IMG/VR virus record: IMGVR_UViG_3300027736_000021
DNA length: 64,000 nt
Direction: 5' to 3' (one strand)
From: a virus
Each line of letters opens with the position of its first letter. The first letter of the stretch is position 1. The notes below the pieces were generated by a model, which was not told where the DNA came from, ran no database searches, and saw nothing but the letters and a program-made list of their open reading frames with translations. The position numbers and the translations under genes were made by a program. Shown in pieces: positions 29,901 to 39,763 of this stretch.

Positions 29901-32854
29901 GTATTGTTGTAGATTCTTTTGATGGTACTTCTGTTGCTGATGTAACTAATAATGACTATTCTATTGCTGTTGATCCTAAGAGAAAAGAAATTAGGCCAAC
30001 ATTTAATATTACATCACATCTATTAACATTTGATTCAGCCAATTCATCTAATTATTTGAAGGCTGGTCCAATTGTGATGCCTACAGCAACACATACTGTT
30101 TTTGTTGACCAAAATAAATCTTCAAAAGTATATAATATTAACCCATTTAATATTGTAAACTACATTGGTAAAATTCAGTTAGACCCACCATCAGATGTTT
30201 GGATTGATACAGACAAACAACCAGATGTTCTTGTAAACCTTGAAGGTGATAAAGACGCATGGGCTTTAATTACACGAGATGCTTACAGTTATGAATGGGG
30301 TAATTGGGAAACTTATTGGACAGGAACAACAAGTTCTTCATATGTTGCTGATAGGCGCCCAGCACTCGTTCAAGTAACAACTACAACGACAACACAAAAC
30401 CAAACTCGCTCTGGTGTATTCTCGCAAGTTGTACCATCAACAATCACTCAATCCTTGGGTGACCGTGTTATTGATGTGTCAATTATTCCTTATATGCGTG
30501 ACCGTGGTATATTGTTTACTTGCTCTGATTTCAAACCAACCACAGAACTTTTTGGTTTCTTTGATAACATTAGTGTAAACAAATACATTGCTCGTGCAAA
30601 CAAGTTTACATTAAGTTCTAATAACTTGGGTTACATTACACAGTCTGGTAATGCAGAAAAAGTCAATGTAACTAATACTGCAACAAGTACCGTTAATGCA
30701 ACAGCATTTGTTGTTCGCACATCAAATAGAGAAGCATTTGTAGTTAATTTGAATCCATCAACATTGTTGAATGGCGCAACTATGAATTTGGTTGGCCAAT
30801 CTAGTGGCACAACAATTAAGATTAATGGGTATGACCATTATTCTGGATTTGTAACTTCTGCCACATCTAACACAATCGTATTGTCTGTGGATGCTACAAG
30901 TGCAAATAATACTGGTGATTATGCTGGTTCAACAGTTTATATTGTGTCTGGAACTGGCGCTGGTCAATCTGCCACAGTTTCTTCTTACACCGCAGGAACA
31001 AGAACATTAGCAATTGTTGGAACATGGACAACCACGCCAACATCCAATTCTATTTACTCAATTGGCAATTTAACAACAACATCTGCAGGCGATGTTGCTG
31101 GTGTGTTTAATATACCAAATGGAATATTCCGTATTGGTGAGAAAAACTTCCGATTGATTGACACCTCAAGTGGTGATATTGGTTCTTCATCTACAAATGG
31201 AGATGCCACATTTTTTGCACAAGGTATTTTACAACAAACAGAAAACACAATTATTTCTGCAACTGTTCCAACAATTCAACGTGTTGCTGTTAAAGATAAT
31301 CGTGTTGTTACGACAACAGCTGTTACTGAACGTGTTGTTGGTTGGTATGACCCATTAGCACAAACATTCTTAGTATCTCCTTCAAATTATCCACAAGGTA
31401 TTTTCTTATCTAAGGCTCGTTTCTGCTTCAAAACAAAAGATCCAACTGTACCTGTTACATTACAAGTTCGTTCTGTTGTAAACGGATACCCATCAACATC
31501 TTTGATTTATCCATATTCAACAGTTACATTAACACCAGATAAAGTTAAGACAACTACATCTCCTAATTTGGATGATGCAACCAAATACACAGAATTTGTA
31601 TTTGATTCTCCATTGTTCTTGCAACCTGGCGAACATTGTTTTGTATTGTTATCTAACTCTAACAAGTATGAAACATATTCAGCTGAAATTGGTAAATTAG
31701 ATACAGTATCAGCAAGACAAATTTCAGAACAACCATATCAAGGTTCATTGTTCTTATCACAAAACGGTTCTACATGGACTGCCGAGCAAAACTCAGACTT
31801 GATGTTTAGATTATTCCGTTATACTTTTGATACTGGCACAACTCAAACACAATTCAATGTTAATTATCCATCTGCGAATACGGCATATGATTTAATGCAT
31901 TTGATTGCAAATGGTATATCTGTTGAAAACACTTCAATTACATATCAATTTAATTCTGAGAAAGCTACAACTGGTGGTAAAACAGGTTTCTTGCCATTTA
32001 CTCCGCTGAATGATTATCCAATGACCGATGGTTATGGTCGCCGTGTATTAACAACAACTGCTAATACAACATTGACAGTTAAAGCTACAATGGCAACAAG
32101 CAATCCTGATATTGCACCATTTATTGATACTTCACGCATGAGCATGATTGCGGTTGAAAACATCATTAATGATTTGCCATTAAGTAATTCTGGAATTGTA
32201 TTGTCAAGTGGTGGTACGGGTTACTCTACTAACGCCAATGCCGTTGTAACAATTACAGGTGGCGGCGGTTCAGGTGCAACTGCAGCTGCCGTAGTTACTA
32301 ACAATGTGGTAACATCTGTATATCTAACTGCTGCTGGTTCTGGTTACGAAACATCACCAACAATTACATTGGTTGATGCTAATACAACACCAGGTAGCGG
32401 TGTAACAATTACCTATAACGGTGAAGATAAGAAGTCTGGTGGTAACTCCAATGTTCGCTACATTACTCGCAAGGTTAATTTAGCAGATGGCTTTGACTCT
32501 GGTGATTTGCGTGTTTATGTAACCGCATATAAACCATCAGGCTCAAATGTTCGTGTTTACTACAAACTATTGTCTATTTCTGACCCTGATGCATTTGAAG
32601 ATAAGAACTATCAGTTGATGACACAATTGAATAATACCAACTTTGTGTCAAATAGCTATGATGATTATCGTGAAATATCATATGCTCCAGGTGTGTCAGG
32701 CACAGCAAACAATTCTGTAAGTTACACTTCAGGTTCTACTTCATTTAGTAACTTTAGAACATTTGCAATTAAGATTGTATTGACTGGCACATCAACTGTT
32801 GATGTTCCTAAGGTGCGTGATTTCCGTGCAATTGCTTTACCTGCAGGTAGTTAA
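26924..32854 (+). CDS. Large virion structural protein (DUF4815/VrlC-like)
   Basis: NVNPYYDDFD..K.F.RILFKPG.AVQARELTQ.Q, APGADR, LARRTYDESGNY, DPLAQTF, GSLFLSQN. Confidence 0.85.
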   Translation: MSLNTNFNVNPYYDDFDEDKKFLRILFKPGFAVQARELTQSQTLLQKQVERFGEHVFKNGSVVSGGQLFIHDSTYLNVVTDYAGTAVNINNFNGKTITNLAGTKTGQVVVVYDADAGTGDPKTIYVKQISGTAFAAGDTITTVEAAPVFANVSTGGVGTGKTFSVSDGVYFYDGFFIKNSSQTIALSKYNTSANARIGFEITESIVEYTQDTSLLDPAQDASNFQAPGADRFKIELILSSRTLDSTDDTQFIELARTVNGTLSYALIYPQYAVLEDTLARRTYDESGNYTVRPFKLALETSAANTAKANVILSPGKAYVYGYEFETIAPTTITFDKPRTTDSVNNKRLTADYGYYVYSNTHFGSLPINSLQTVDLHCVSNSTINVATAGTITNTKIGTARVKSIAFDSASNTQNSSTYTYRTYLFDVNVGSITGGNVVVLGTNTGYVQIANSITGSQLYSTANTAYVGAKFRVIAGPGVGETPKTITNYNGATQTIQLSEPFITTPNSLSNWSIDFEVNDVKSLSIVSGTTRLAAADIDTSSKDPASTYNDTFISDSNLEPLLFNLGQNYIAQNTIADFSYSYKRLYASQSFSSSDSPALTVGTGETISAATSSSAKAENYQIVVTTAGTSPYTVGQIIPANLYTVDTGTRKITVTSGNNMVANITATIDSSNPGSKGKTYVAANATVQTSGGTSIFANNGVILYTANGQVHIMANTVYKTPGTVQSLFVPDVIELVSVLDFNNTLITVANSTTATDVTSRYTLDSGQRDSLYDHSSIRLKAGSAAPTGPLVVKFNRFSSSGAGFFTVDSYVGYSYGSIPTYTSKATGQVYELRDCLDYRPVRSVPTTPATANTVSFDVDSTTTGPKIPENGSDILLDYQYYLPRTDKVILNKNRTFEVLQGNPSLTPVQPNDKDGAMTMYILREPAYVANTSDIDVEYVDNKRYTMRDIGNLDKRIGNLEYYTSLSLLEQNALNKQDLTILDSTNLPRFKNGIVVDSFDGTSVADVTNNDYSIAVDPKRKEIRPTFNITSHLLTFDSANSSNYLKAGPIVMPTATHTVFVDQNKSSKVYNINPFNIVNYIGKIQLDPPSDVWIDTDKQPDVLVNLEGDKDAWALITRDAYSYEWGNWETYWTGTTSSSYVADRRPALVQVTTTTTTQNQTRSGVFSQVVPSTITQSLGDRVIDVSIIPYMRDRGILFTCSDFKPTTELFGFFDNISVNKYIARANKFTLSSNNLGYITQSGNAEKVNVTNTATSTVNATAFVVRTSNREAFVVNLNPSTLLNGATMNLVGQSSGTTIKINGYDHYSGFVTSATSNTIVLSVDATSANNTGDYAGSTVYIVSGTGAGQSATVSSYTAGTRTLAIVGTWTTTPTSNSIYSIGNLTTTSAGDVAGVFNIPNGIFRIGEKNFRLIDTSSGDIGSSSTNGDATFFAQGILQQTENTIISATVPTIQRVAVKDNRVVTTTAVTERVVGWYDPLAQTFLVSPSNYPQGIFLSKARFCFKTKDPTVPVTLQVRSVVNGYPSTSLIYPYSTVTLTPDKVKTTTSPNLDDATKYTEFVFDSPLFLQPGEHCFVLLSNSNKYETYSAEIGKLDTVSARQISEQPYQGSLFLSQNGSTWTAEQNSDLMFRLFRYTFDTGTTQTQFNVNYPSANTAYDLMHLIANGISVENTSITYQFNSEKATTGGKTGFLPFTPLNDYPMTDGYGRRVLTTTANTTLTVKATMATSNPDIAPFIDTSRMSMIAVENIINDLPLSNSGIVLSSGGTGYSTNANAVVTITGGGGSGATAAAVVTNNVVTSVYLTAAGSGYETSPTITLVDANTTPGSGVTITYNGEDKKSGGNSNVRYITRKVNLADGFDSGDLRVYVTAYKPSGSNVRVYYKLLSISDPDAFEDKNYQLMTQLNNTNFVSNSYDDYREISYAPGVSGTANNSVSYTSGSTSFSNFRTFAIKIVLTGTSTVDVPKVRDFRAIALPAGS

Positions 32855-32856
32855 TT

Positions 32857-33081
32857 ATGTTTGCTAAAGTAAAAGACCACGAAAACTTAGTAAGAGATAT
32901 GAACTCCAAAGCGATTCTAAATACAGATAAATTAGCTTTGCAAGAGTATTATCAGAAAAGAGAAATGGCAAAAAAAGAACTATCTGAAAAGGTAGAATCA
33001 AAACAACGCCTAGATAAAATAGAAAACGAAATGTCAGAAATAAAAGACTTGTTGCGTGAACTTATTGGCAGAGGTAAATAA
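32857..33081 (+). CDS. Small coiled-coil protein typically following the DUF4815 gene
   Basis: KVKDHENLVRD..SKAILNTD; EMSEIKDLL. Confidence 0.75.
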   Translation: MFAKVKDHENLVRDMNSKAILNTDKLALQEYYQKREMAKKELSEKVESKQRLDKIENEMSEIKDLLRELIGRGK

Positions 33082-33785
33082 TGGCTATTACACAATTATC
33101 AACAGCCAATACATTCCAACAATGGCTGATTGCAACACAAGCATTAATTACCACAGCAAACACATTAACTGATGGTAATGGCGCTTCGTTTATTGCTAAC
33201 ACCAAGTTAGATGTTTCAGGCACAGGTTCACAGTTAAATGTCCGCAATAGTGCTGGTATCAATACACTCTATGCGAACAATGCAATTCTTGGTGGCTTCA
33301 CTAATGTAACCACACTTAATGTATCATCTTCTGGTTATATTGGTGGCGATTTACAAGTTAATGGTAATGTAACTGTTTCTGGTAATATCATATTAGATTC
33401 TATTGGCTTTGATGATATTATTGCCAATGGTTCTATTGAAGTTGGAAACAATTTAACAGTTAGTAAAAATACAACACTTAATAATGTAACTGCGACATAC
33501 AGTAATTTCAGTACCGCCAACGTTACAATTTTAACTGGTTCGGCCAACACAGCAATATATAGCAATATTACAATAAGTCAGGCCTTTGCCACATCGGCTG
33601 GGTTATATGCTAACTCAGCATTTTTACGGGCTAACACACCAAGTTATACTGCCAACTCTGGCTCAGGGTATGCAAATAGTGCTTTTGTATCGGCAAATAG
33701 TGGTGCCGTGTATGCGAATAGTGCGTTTACGGCTGCAAATAACGCAATTGACACCTCAATAGCTTTGTCGATTGCACTTGGATAA
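33081..33785 (+). CDS. Fibre/adaptor protein
   Basis: N-terminal TFQQW; ANSA repeats; C-terminal SIALSIALG. Confidence 0.65.
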   Translation: MAITQLSTANTFQQWLIATQALITTANTLTDGNGASFIANTKLDVSGTGSQLNVRNSAGINTLYANNAILGGFTNVTTLNVSSSGYIGGDLQVNGNVTVSGNIILDSIGFDDIIANGSIEVGNNLTVSKNTTLNNVTATYSNFSTANVTILTGSANTAIYSNITISQAFATSAGLYANSAFLRANTPSYTANSGSGYANSAFVSANSGAVYANSAFTAANNAIDTSIALSIALG

Positions 33786-33820
33786 ATACATAAATAGAGT
33801 ATTAAGGAACATAAAATAAT

Positions 33821-34147
33821 ATGGCAAATACATTCAAATCAACTGCAAATGTAAACATTGAAGTTACTTCAAATACTGTTTACACTTGTCCGTCTGCTAC
33901 TCAAACAACTCTTATTGGAATGACATTATCCAATAAATCAGCTGGTACAATTACCGCAAATGTGTTCTTACGCCGAGCTGGTGTGGATTGTTCATTAATT
34001 TCCAATGCACCAATTCTAACTGGTTCAACATTAGTGCCAATTGGCGGAGACCAAAAAGTTGTTTTACAAGCAGCCGACACACTTAAAGTTACAGTAAGTG
34101 CAAACAATGCTGTTGACACAATTGTTTCACTATTAGAAATCGCCTAA
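33821..34147 (+). CDS. Small virion adaptor protein
   Basis: MANTFK...YTCPS....IG..L.N...GGDQKVVL...D.LKV...SLLEI. Confidence 0.7.
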   Translation: MANTFKSTANVNIEVTSNTVYTCPSATQTTLIGMTLSNKSAGTITANVFLRRAGVDCSLISNAPILTGSTLVPIGGDQKVVLQAADTLKVTVSANNAVDTIVSLLEIA

Positions 34148-34156
34148 GGATAATTC

Positions 34157-36001
34157 ATGGGATATATTGGAGCAGTAGGTCCTGCATACGATCCAACTAG
34201 AGCAACTGTACCTCAGTTTGATGCTGAGCGTTTTAGTGGTAACAATTCTGCCGTTGCATTTACACTTCTAAGACAAGTTGTAAGTCCAACTGATGTGGAT
34301 GTTTTTGTTGAGAATGTTCGACAAGAACCAATTGTTGCTTACAGTATTGTAAACGGTAGCACATTAACCTTTACAGAAGCTCCACAGACCGGTACAAATA
34401 ACATCTATGTTATCTACCGTGGCTCTGGTATGTCAAATTATGCTTTTGTACCGGATGGTTCAATCTCATATGCCAAGTTAGCAAACAATATTCGTCAGTT
34501 CAACGTAGATAATTTTACTGCAAACGGAACTGGTCAAACATTTACACTCTCTGAAACTCCTGCTACTGCAAATACTGTAATAGCAGCAATTGATGGTGTA
34601 GTTCAAACTGCACCAAGTAACTATAATATTTCAGGAAGCACAATCATTTTTACATCGGCACCAGCAGCATCTGCCAATGTTACAGTAAGACATTTAGGTT
34701 TTAGAACAACATCAACAGTTACCGCATTATCAGCAGCTTCTGTAACGGCTACTGAGTTAGCCGATGGTGCTGTTACTAATGCAAAACTTGCTGGTTCTAT
34801 TACATCTGATAAAATTTCATCTGTTAATGGTGCATCACTATTAGCAAATACTATTCCAGTTAATACAGTAAGTGGTAATGTTATTGTTGCAAATACTGTA
34901 AGTAACTCTGCGTTTACTACGGGTTCTATTGAGAATTATCTGCGTAACCAAACATTAGACTTCGGTATGCGGAACAGAATCATCAACGGCGCCATGCGAA
35001 TTGACCAAAGAAATGCTGGTGCAGCTGTTACTCCAGGAAGTGGTTCAACTTATACATTAGATAGATGGGCTAGTAGTCAAAGTGCTTCATCAAAATTTTC
35101 TGTGCAACAAGATTCTTCCGCTAACACGGTTGCAGGTTTTACTAGTTCATTAAAAGTTACTTCTTTGTCTGCGTATTCTCCAACATCGGGTGAAGAATTT
35201 ATTATGTATCAGCCAATAGAAGGCTTAAACATAAGTGATTTGGGTTGGGGAACAGCTTCAGCTAAACCGGTCACATTATCATTTTGGGTTCGTTCTTCAT
35301 TAACTGGTACTTTTGGTGGGTCATTAAGAAATAGTGCAACAAATCGTTCATATCCTTTTTCCTATATCATTTCTGTCGCAAACACATGGGAATACAAAAC
35401 TGTAACCATCGCTGGCGATACATCAGGCACTTGGTTAACTACTAATGGCGTAGGAATCTATGTTAGTTTTGGACTTGGTGCTGGTTCTTCAAGAGTGGGT
35501 ACTGCTGGTGCATGGGCTGGTGCTGATTATGCTTCTGCCACAGGCGCAACATCCGTAGTTGGTACAAATGGTGCTACTTGGTATATTACTGGCGTCCAAT
35601 TGGAAGAAGGCTCTGTTCCAACTTCTTTTGAATATCGCCAACACGGTACTGAATTTGACCTTTGCCGTAGATATTTTGAAAAAATAAACTTTACAAATGT
35701 TGGCGGTGCTAATCAATATGTTGGTGGTGGTGTGGGTATGGCATACGATACAAATGATGCTCGAATACAGCTTCAATATTACCCAAAAAGAGCATCTGCA
35801 ACTGCAACTTTTTCAGGAACTATTAAGTTTGCAAATGCTGGTTCAAATAGTGGAAATTTAACAACTGCATTATTTGACAATGCTGGAACAGATACCACAT
35901 TGCTATATCGCAATGATTTATCTGGGTTAACTCGTGGTCAAGCGTATCAATTATCTGCTCAAGCAACAAATACTTATGTTTCATTTAGTGCGGAGTTATA
36001 A
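34157..36001 (+). CDS. Tail fibre/receptor-binding protein (two beta-sandwich repeats plus RNRIING..QR domain)
   Basis: MGYIG start; two F.G.G...F.L...V.Q.P repeats; MRNRIINGAMRIDQR...TGVQLE.G...C.RY...SAEL. Confidence 0.75.
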   Translation: MGYIGAVGPAYDPTRATVPQFDAERFSGNNSAVAFTLLRQVVSPTDVDVFVENVRQEPIVAYSIVNGSTLTFTEAPQTGTNNIYVIYRGSGMSNYAFVPDGSISYAKLANNIRQFNVDNFTANGTGQTFTLSETPATANTVIAAIDGVVQTAPSNYNISGSTIIFTSAPAASANVTVRHLGFRTTSTVTALSAASVTATELADGAVTNAKLAGSITSDKISSVNGASLLANTIPVNTVSGNVIVANTVSNSAFTTGSIENYLRNQTLDFGMRNRIINGAMRIDQRNAGAAVTPGSGSTYTLDRWASSQSASSKFSVQQDSSANTVAGFTSSLKVTSLSAYSPTSGEEFIMYQPIEGLNISDLGWGTASAKPVTLSFWVRSSLTGTFGGSLRNSATNRSYPFSYIISVANTWEYKTVTIAGDTSGTWLTTNGVGIYVSFGLGAGSSRVGTAGAWAGADYASATGATSVVGTNGATWYITGVQLEEGSVPTSFEYRQHGTEFDLCRRYFEKINFTNVGGANQYVGGGVGMAYDTNDARIQLQYYPKRASATATFSGTIKFANAGSNSGNLTTALFDNAGTDTTLLYRNDLSGLTRGQAYQLSAQATNTYVSFSAEL

Positions 36002-36003
36002 AA

Positions 36004-36162
36004 ATGTATAAACAATATATTGGTGCTGATGGCACATTATCCAAAGGAATTATTCGCACAAGTGATAATGCCCATATACCTTGTGACGAAGCCAACACAG
36101 ACTACCAAGCCTACCTAAAATGGGTAGCTGAAGGTAACACTCCAGAACCTGCTGACGAATAA
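36004..36162 (+). CDS. Small fibre-associated chaperone-like protein (not in ORF track)
   Basis: MYKQ...IPCDEANTDYQAYLKWVAEGNTPEPADE*. Confidence 0.75.
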   Translation: MYKQYIGADGTLSKGIIRTSDNAHIPCDEANTDYQAYLKWVAEGNTPEPADE

Positions 36163-36196
36163 CAAATAAATAAAGAATTATAAGAGAAAAAAATAG

Positions 36197-36805
36197 ATGC
36201 CTATTCAGAAAATCACCACAGGTGTAATTGATTCAATTGCTAATACGCAAATTAGTGGTAATATTGTATCTTCGCAAATTACCTCTGTTGCTAACACGCA
36301 GATTACTGGTAATATTATAGCTTCTCAGATTGCGGCGGTTAATGCTTCAACAGTAACAACAGGAACATTACCTTCAGCAAGGTTAGGATCGGATGTAATG
36401 GTGTCAGGTAATATGCCAGCGTTTAGTGCTTACGCAAGCACAGCAACATCAATTTCTGGTGGTGTTTATACAAAAGTTACTCAAAATGTAGAGGAGTTTG
36501 ATACCAACAATAATTTTGCATCTAGTAGATTTACTCCTACTGTTGCTGGTTACTACCAAGTTAATGCTGGCTCTAATACTCCAGCCTCAAACTACGCAAA
36601 TTCTGCTATTTTTAAAAATGGTAGCGTCTACAAAAGTGGAACAAATGGTAGCGGTGCAGTAAACTCATCATGTGTATCTACGCTCGTATATTTAAATGGG
36701 TCTACTGATTATGTTGAATTTTATTTTATAAATGGTTCTAGCGTAACACTAGGTACCGGAGCGGAAAATTGTTATTTCAATGGTTGTTTGGTAAGGAGTG
36801 CGTAA
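36197..36805 (+). CDS. Short fibre with a C1q/TNF-like tip
   Basis: PAFSAY...FDT...RFTPTVAGYYQV...YLNGSTDYVE. Confidence 0.72.
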   Translation: MPIQKITTGVIDSIANTQISGNIVSSQITSVANTQITGNIIASQIAAVNASTVTTGTLPSARLGSDVMVSGNMPAFSAYASTATSISGGVYTKVTQNVEEFDTNNNFASSRFTPTVAGYYQVNAGSNTPASNYANSAIFKNGSVYKSGTNGSGAVNSSCVSTLVYLNGSTDYVEFYFINGSSVTLGTGAENCYFNGCLVRSA

Positions 36806-36978
36806 TGACATTAACTGAAAAAATTATGGATTTATATCCAGAATTAAAAATAGAAGATTTTTTATTTGGAACAATCACACTACAAAACGATTCAGATGGC
36901 AACGGAGCTTACATTGCTAAATGGGAACATCCAACGCTTACTAGACCAACACAAGAACAGCTTGATGCTGTATCATAA
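36805..36978 (+). CDS. XkdW-like small chaperone
   Basis: LYPEL...ITLQNDSDGNG.YIAKWEHPTL.RPT..QL; start at the TAATG overlap. Confidence 0.7.
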   Translation: MTLTEKIMDLYPELKIEDFLFGTITLQNDSDGNGAYIAKWEHPTLTRPTQEQLDAVS

Positions 36979-36991
36979 TAAATAGACCATT

Positions 36992-38257
36992 ATGCCATTA
37001 ACAAAAGTATCGTTTTCCGTAATTCAAGTTGCTAACAATGTAACTTCTACGACTGTTGGTAACACAACATCTATTCCGTCATTTACTTTTGACCAGAATG
37101 GCGTAATTACATCAGCATCAAATACAGCAATCTCTGGTGCTGGTATCACAGCAAACACGATTGCTAACTCAGCATTCCAGACAGGTTCTATTGAGAATTA
37201 TAGTAGAGCTACTGGATTGCTTTCTGGTATGCGGAATAGAATAATCAATGGTGCGATGGTGATTGACCAGCGTAATGCTGGAGCTGCTGTTACATCAAAT
37301 GGTGCTTTTCCTGTTGATAGATTTACTGTAAGCAACGGAACTGACGGAGCGTTTTCTGCTCAACAAGATTCCTCTGTACCAGCGGGTTTTACTAAATCAA
37401 CAAAAATAACCATAACTACCGCAGATACAAGTCTTGCCGCAACACAAAATCTTTCATTTCTTCAAAGAATAGAAGGCTACAATATTGCTGATTTGAATTG
37501 GGGTAGTGCAAACGCTAAAACAGTTACGCTATCCTTTTGGGTTCGTTCTAGTCTAACTGGAACTTTTGGCGGTGCATTAAGAAATAACGATACTAATCGG
37601 TCTTATCCATATACATATTCCATTTCAGTTGCTGACACTTGGGAATACAAAACAGTAACTATAACTGGTGATACTAGTGGAACATGGGCTACTGACAATA
37701 ACACTGGAATAAACTTAATTTTTGGTCTTGGTGCTGGTGCTGATAGAAGTGGAACTGCTGGTGCTTGGAATTCAAATACTAATTCTTCTGCTACAGGAGC
37801 AGTTTCAGTTGTCGGTACTTTAAACGCTACATGGTACATCACAGGAGTTCAACTTGAGGTAGGCTCTACAGCTACTAGCTTTGATTACAGACCTTATGGA
37901 ACTGAATTACAGCTTTGCCAACGCTATTATTACAATATTTTTGGAACAGCATCCGATTTTCAAGCATTTGGTTGTGGTGTTTGGCTTTCATCAACAGTTG
38001 GAAAAGTTTTGATAGACCTTCCAGTGCCTTTGAGAGTAGTTCCAACATTAGAAGCTGCAAGTCTTAGACTTTTTGATGCCGCAGCATCAACCACTAGGTC
38101 AGCAACTGGTTTTTCCATAGCTTACACAGTAACAGCAACAAATAAAGCTTTTATTGATGTTAGTGTTGGCAGTAGTTCAGCTTCTGCTGGAGATGCTTGT
38201 TTGGCTGTATTAAATACTTCAACCAGTGCAAGAGTTGGTTTTAGTGCGGAGTTATAA
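36992..38257 (+). CDS. Tail fibre/receptor-binding protein (RNRIING..QR domain)
   Basis: Paralogue of the 34157 and 42173 C-terminal halves; ends SAEL. Confidence 0.75.
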   Translation: MPLTKVSFSVIQVANNVTSTTVGNTTSIPSFTFDQNGVITSASNTAISGAGITANTIANSAFQTGSIENYSRATGLLSGMRNRIINGAMVIDQRNAGAAVTSNGAFPVDRFTVSNGTDGAFSAQQDSSVPAGFTKSTKITITTADTSLAATQNLSFLQRIEGYNIADLNWGSANAKTVTLSFWVRSSLTGTFGGALRNNDTNRSYPYTYSISVADTWEYKTVTITGDTSGTWATDNNTGINLIFGLGAGADRSGTAGAWNSNTNSSATGAVSVVGTLNATWYITGVQLEVGSTATSFDYRPYGTELQLCQRYYYNIFGTASDFQAFGCGVWLSSTVGKVLIDLPVPLRVVPTLEAASLRLFDAAASTTRSATGFSIAYTVTATNKAFIDVSVGSSSASAGDACLAVLNTSTSARVGFSAEL

Positions 38258-38258
38258 A

Positions 38259-38471
38259 ATGTATCAATTACAAAAAAATTTGATGTTAAACAAAGTTTGT
38301 GCCGTTAATAAAACTACGGATAATGGAATGATATCTATTCCCATCTATGTTGGCAACACCGACTACGCTAACTTCAAAAAAGAAGTCTTAGCTGGTGCAG
38401 AACTGCAAGATGCCGATGGGAATGTGATGACCACAGAAGAAGCTAATGCGTTCATTGGAACACTTTCATAA
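38259..38471 (+). CDS. Small fibre-associated chaperone-like protein
   Basis: IP....NTDY..F...AGAELQDADGNVMT. Confidence 0.7.
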   Translation: MYQLQKNLMLNKVCAVNKTTDNGMISIPIYVGNTDYANFKKEVLAGAELQDADGNVMTTEEANAFIGTLS

Positions 38472-38513
38472 TTAGCACATAAATAGAACATAACAGATTA
38501 AAGGTGAACTAAA

Positions 38514-38939
38514 ATCGGATATCTTGGCAACTCTCCGCAAAGCGGCGCAATCAGGTCAGAATTCTTTACTGGCAATAACTCTACGACCACATACAACTTG
38601 GCGTATGAGTATGGCAACGAAGCTTCGGTTCTCGTATTCATTGATGGCGTAAAACAAAAGACCGATTCATATGCAGTTATAAACGGTCAAATTATTTTCA
38701 CAACTGCTCCACCTAATTCTGGTACAAACAACATTGAAGTTGTTTATCTTGGTGGATCAGTTGTTACAACACCATATTTGTCCGCAGATGAATTTGGTAT
38801 CATAAGAATTAATGCTGCTGAGCTAACACAAAATGCAACCATTACCACCGGATATAACGCTAGCTCAGCCGGGCCATTAAAAGTGGCGAATAATATAACC
38901 GTAAGTGTGGCTAATAATTCCACATGGACAATATTTTAA
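38514..38939 (+). CDS. Fibre adaptor protein with an apparent ATC start
   Basis: (M)GYLGNSPQ...FTGNNSTTTYNL... is homologous to the MGYIG start of 34157; in-frame TGA at 38505; C-terminal NASSAGP...STWTIF. Confidence 0.7.
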   Translation: MGYLGNSPQSGAIRSEFFTGNNSTTTYNLAYEYGNEASVLVFIDGVKQKTDSYAVINGQIIFTTAPPNSGTNNIEVVYLGGSVVTTPYLSADEFGIIRINAAELTQNATITTGYNASSAGPLKVANNITVSVANNSTWTIF

Positions 38940-38955
38940 CTAAAGAGATAAATTT

Positions 38956-39747
38956 ATGGCCGGACTGATAAAAGCAGACACAATATATGGCGAAAGTTCG
39001 CTACGACTAAACGTTGGTGAAGTAACTCTCATCAATGTAAATGCTACAGCGTTTAATGTCGCACAACCACTCAATGTTCAAACCAATGCAACGATAACAG
39101 GTAACCTAACTGTTCTTACAGATGCTACTTTCTCTGGCAATGTAAGGATTGAAGGTACTCAGTTCATTACCAACACCGAGATTCTTGTTGTTGAAGATAA
39201 GAACATTGAAATTGCCAATGTGGCAAACCCAACTACGACAACTGCAAACGGTGCAGGTATCACAATTCGCACAGGTCTTACAGCTTCAAGTAATAGAGAT
39301 CCAACAATTCAATGGGAACTTCCAAACCAATCATTTCTAATCAATCAAGGTATTGACATTCAGCAAGTAACAGAGCGTGCCAATGTGTCCGCAAATACCT
39401 TAAATGGTGTTTCAAACTTTGATGTGCTAGAAGGTGCTGTTAAGTTCTATACAAACAACCCAACGGGTAACTGGACAATTAATGTCCGTGGTAGTTCTTC
39501 TAATAGTTTTGATAGCATGACCGCAACAGGTGATTCTGTTACCGTGGCTTATATGGCAAACAATGGTGGTACTGCATACTATCAGACAGGATTACAGATT
39601 GACGGATTTACTCGCACAGTAAAATGGCAAGGCGGTTCTGCACCATCTTCAGGTAATGCAAGTAGTATTGATATCTACTCTATTACATTATTGAAAACTG
39701 CTGCCAATACATGGACAGTATTAGCTTCACAAACACAATACGCATAA
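38956..39747 (+). CDS. Fibre/adaptor protein
   Basis: VEDKNIE...GAGI module; C-terminal KWQGGSAPSSGNAS.IDIY...KT domain. Confidence 0.7.
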   Translation: MAGLIKADTIYGESSLRLNVGEVTLINVNATAFNVAQPLNVQTNATITGNLTVLTDATFSGNVRIEGTQFITNTEILVVEDKNIEIANVANPTTTTANGAGITIRTGLTASSNRDPTIQWELPNQSFLINQGIDIQQVTERANVSANTLNGVSNFDVLEGAVKFYTNNPTGNWTINVRGSSSNSFDSMTATGDSVTVAYMANNGGTAYYQTGLQIDGFTRTVKWQGGSAPSSGNASSIDIYSITLLKTAANTWTVLASQTQYA

Positions 39748-39763
39748 TTTTAGGAATTAGATA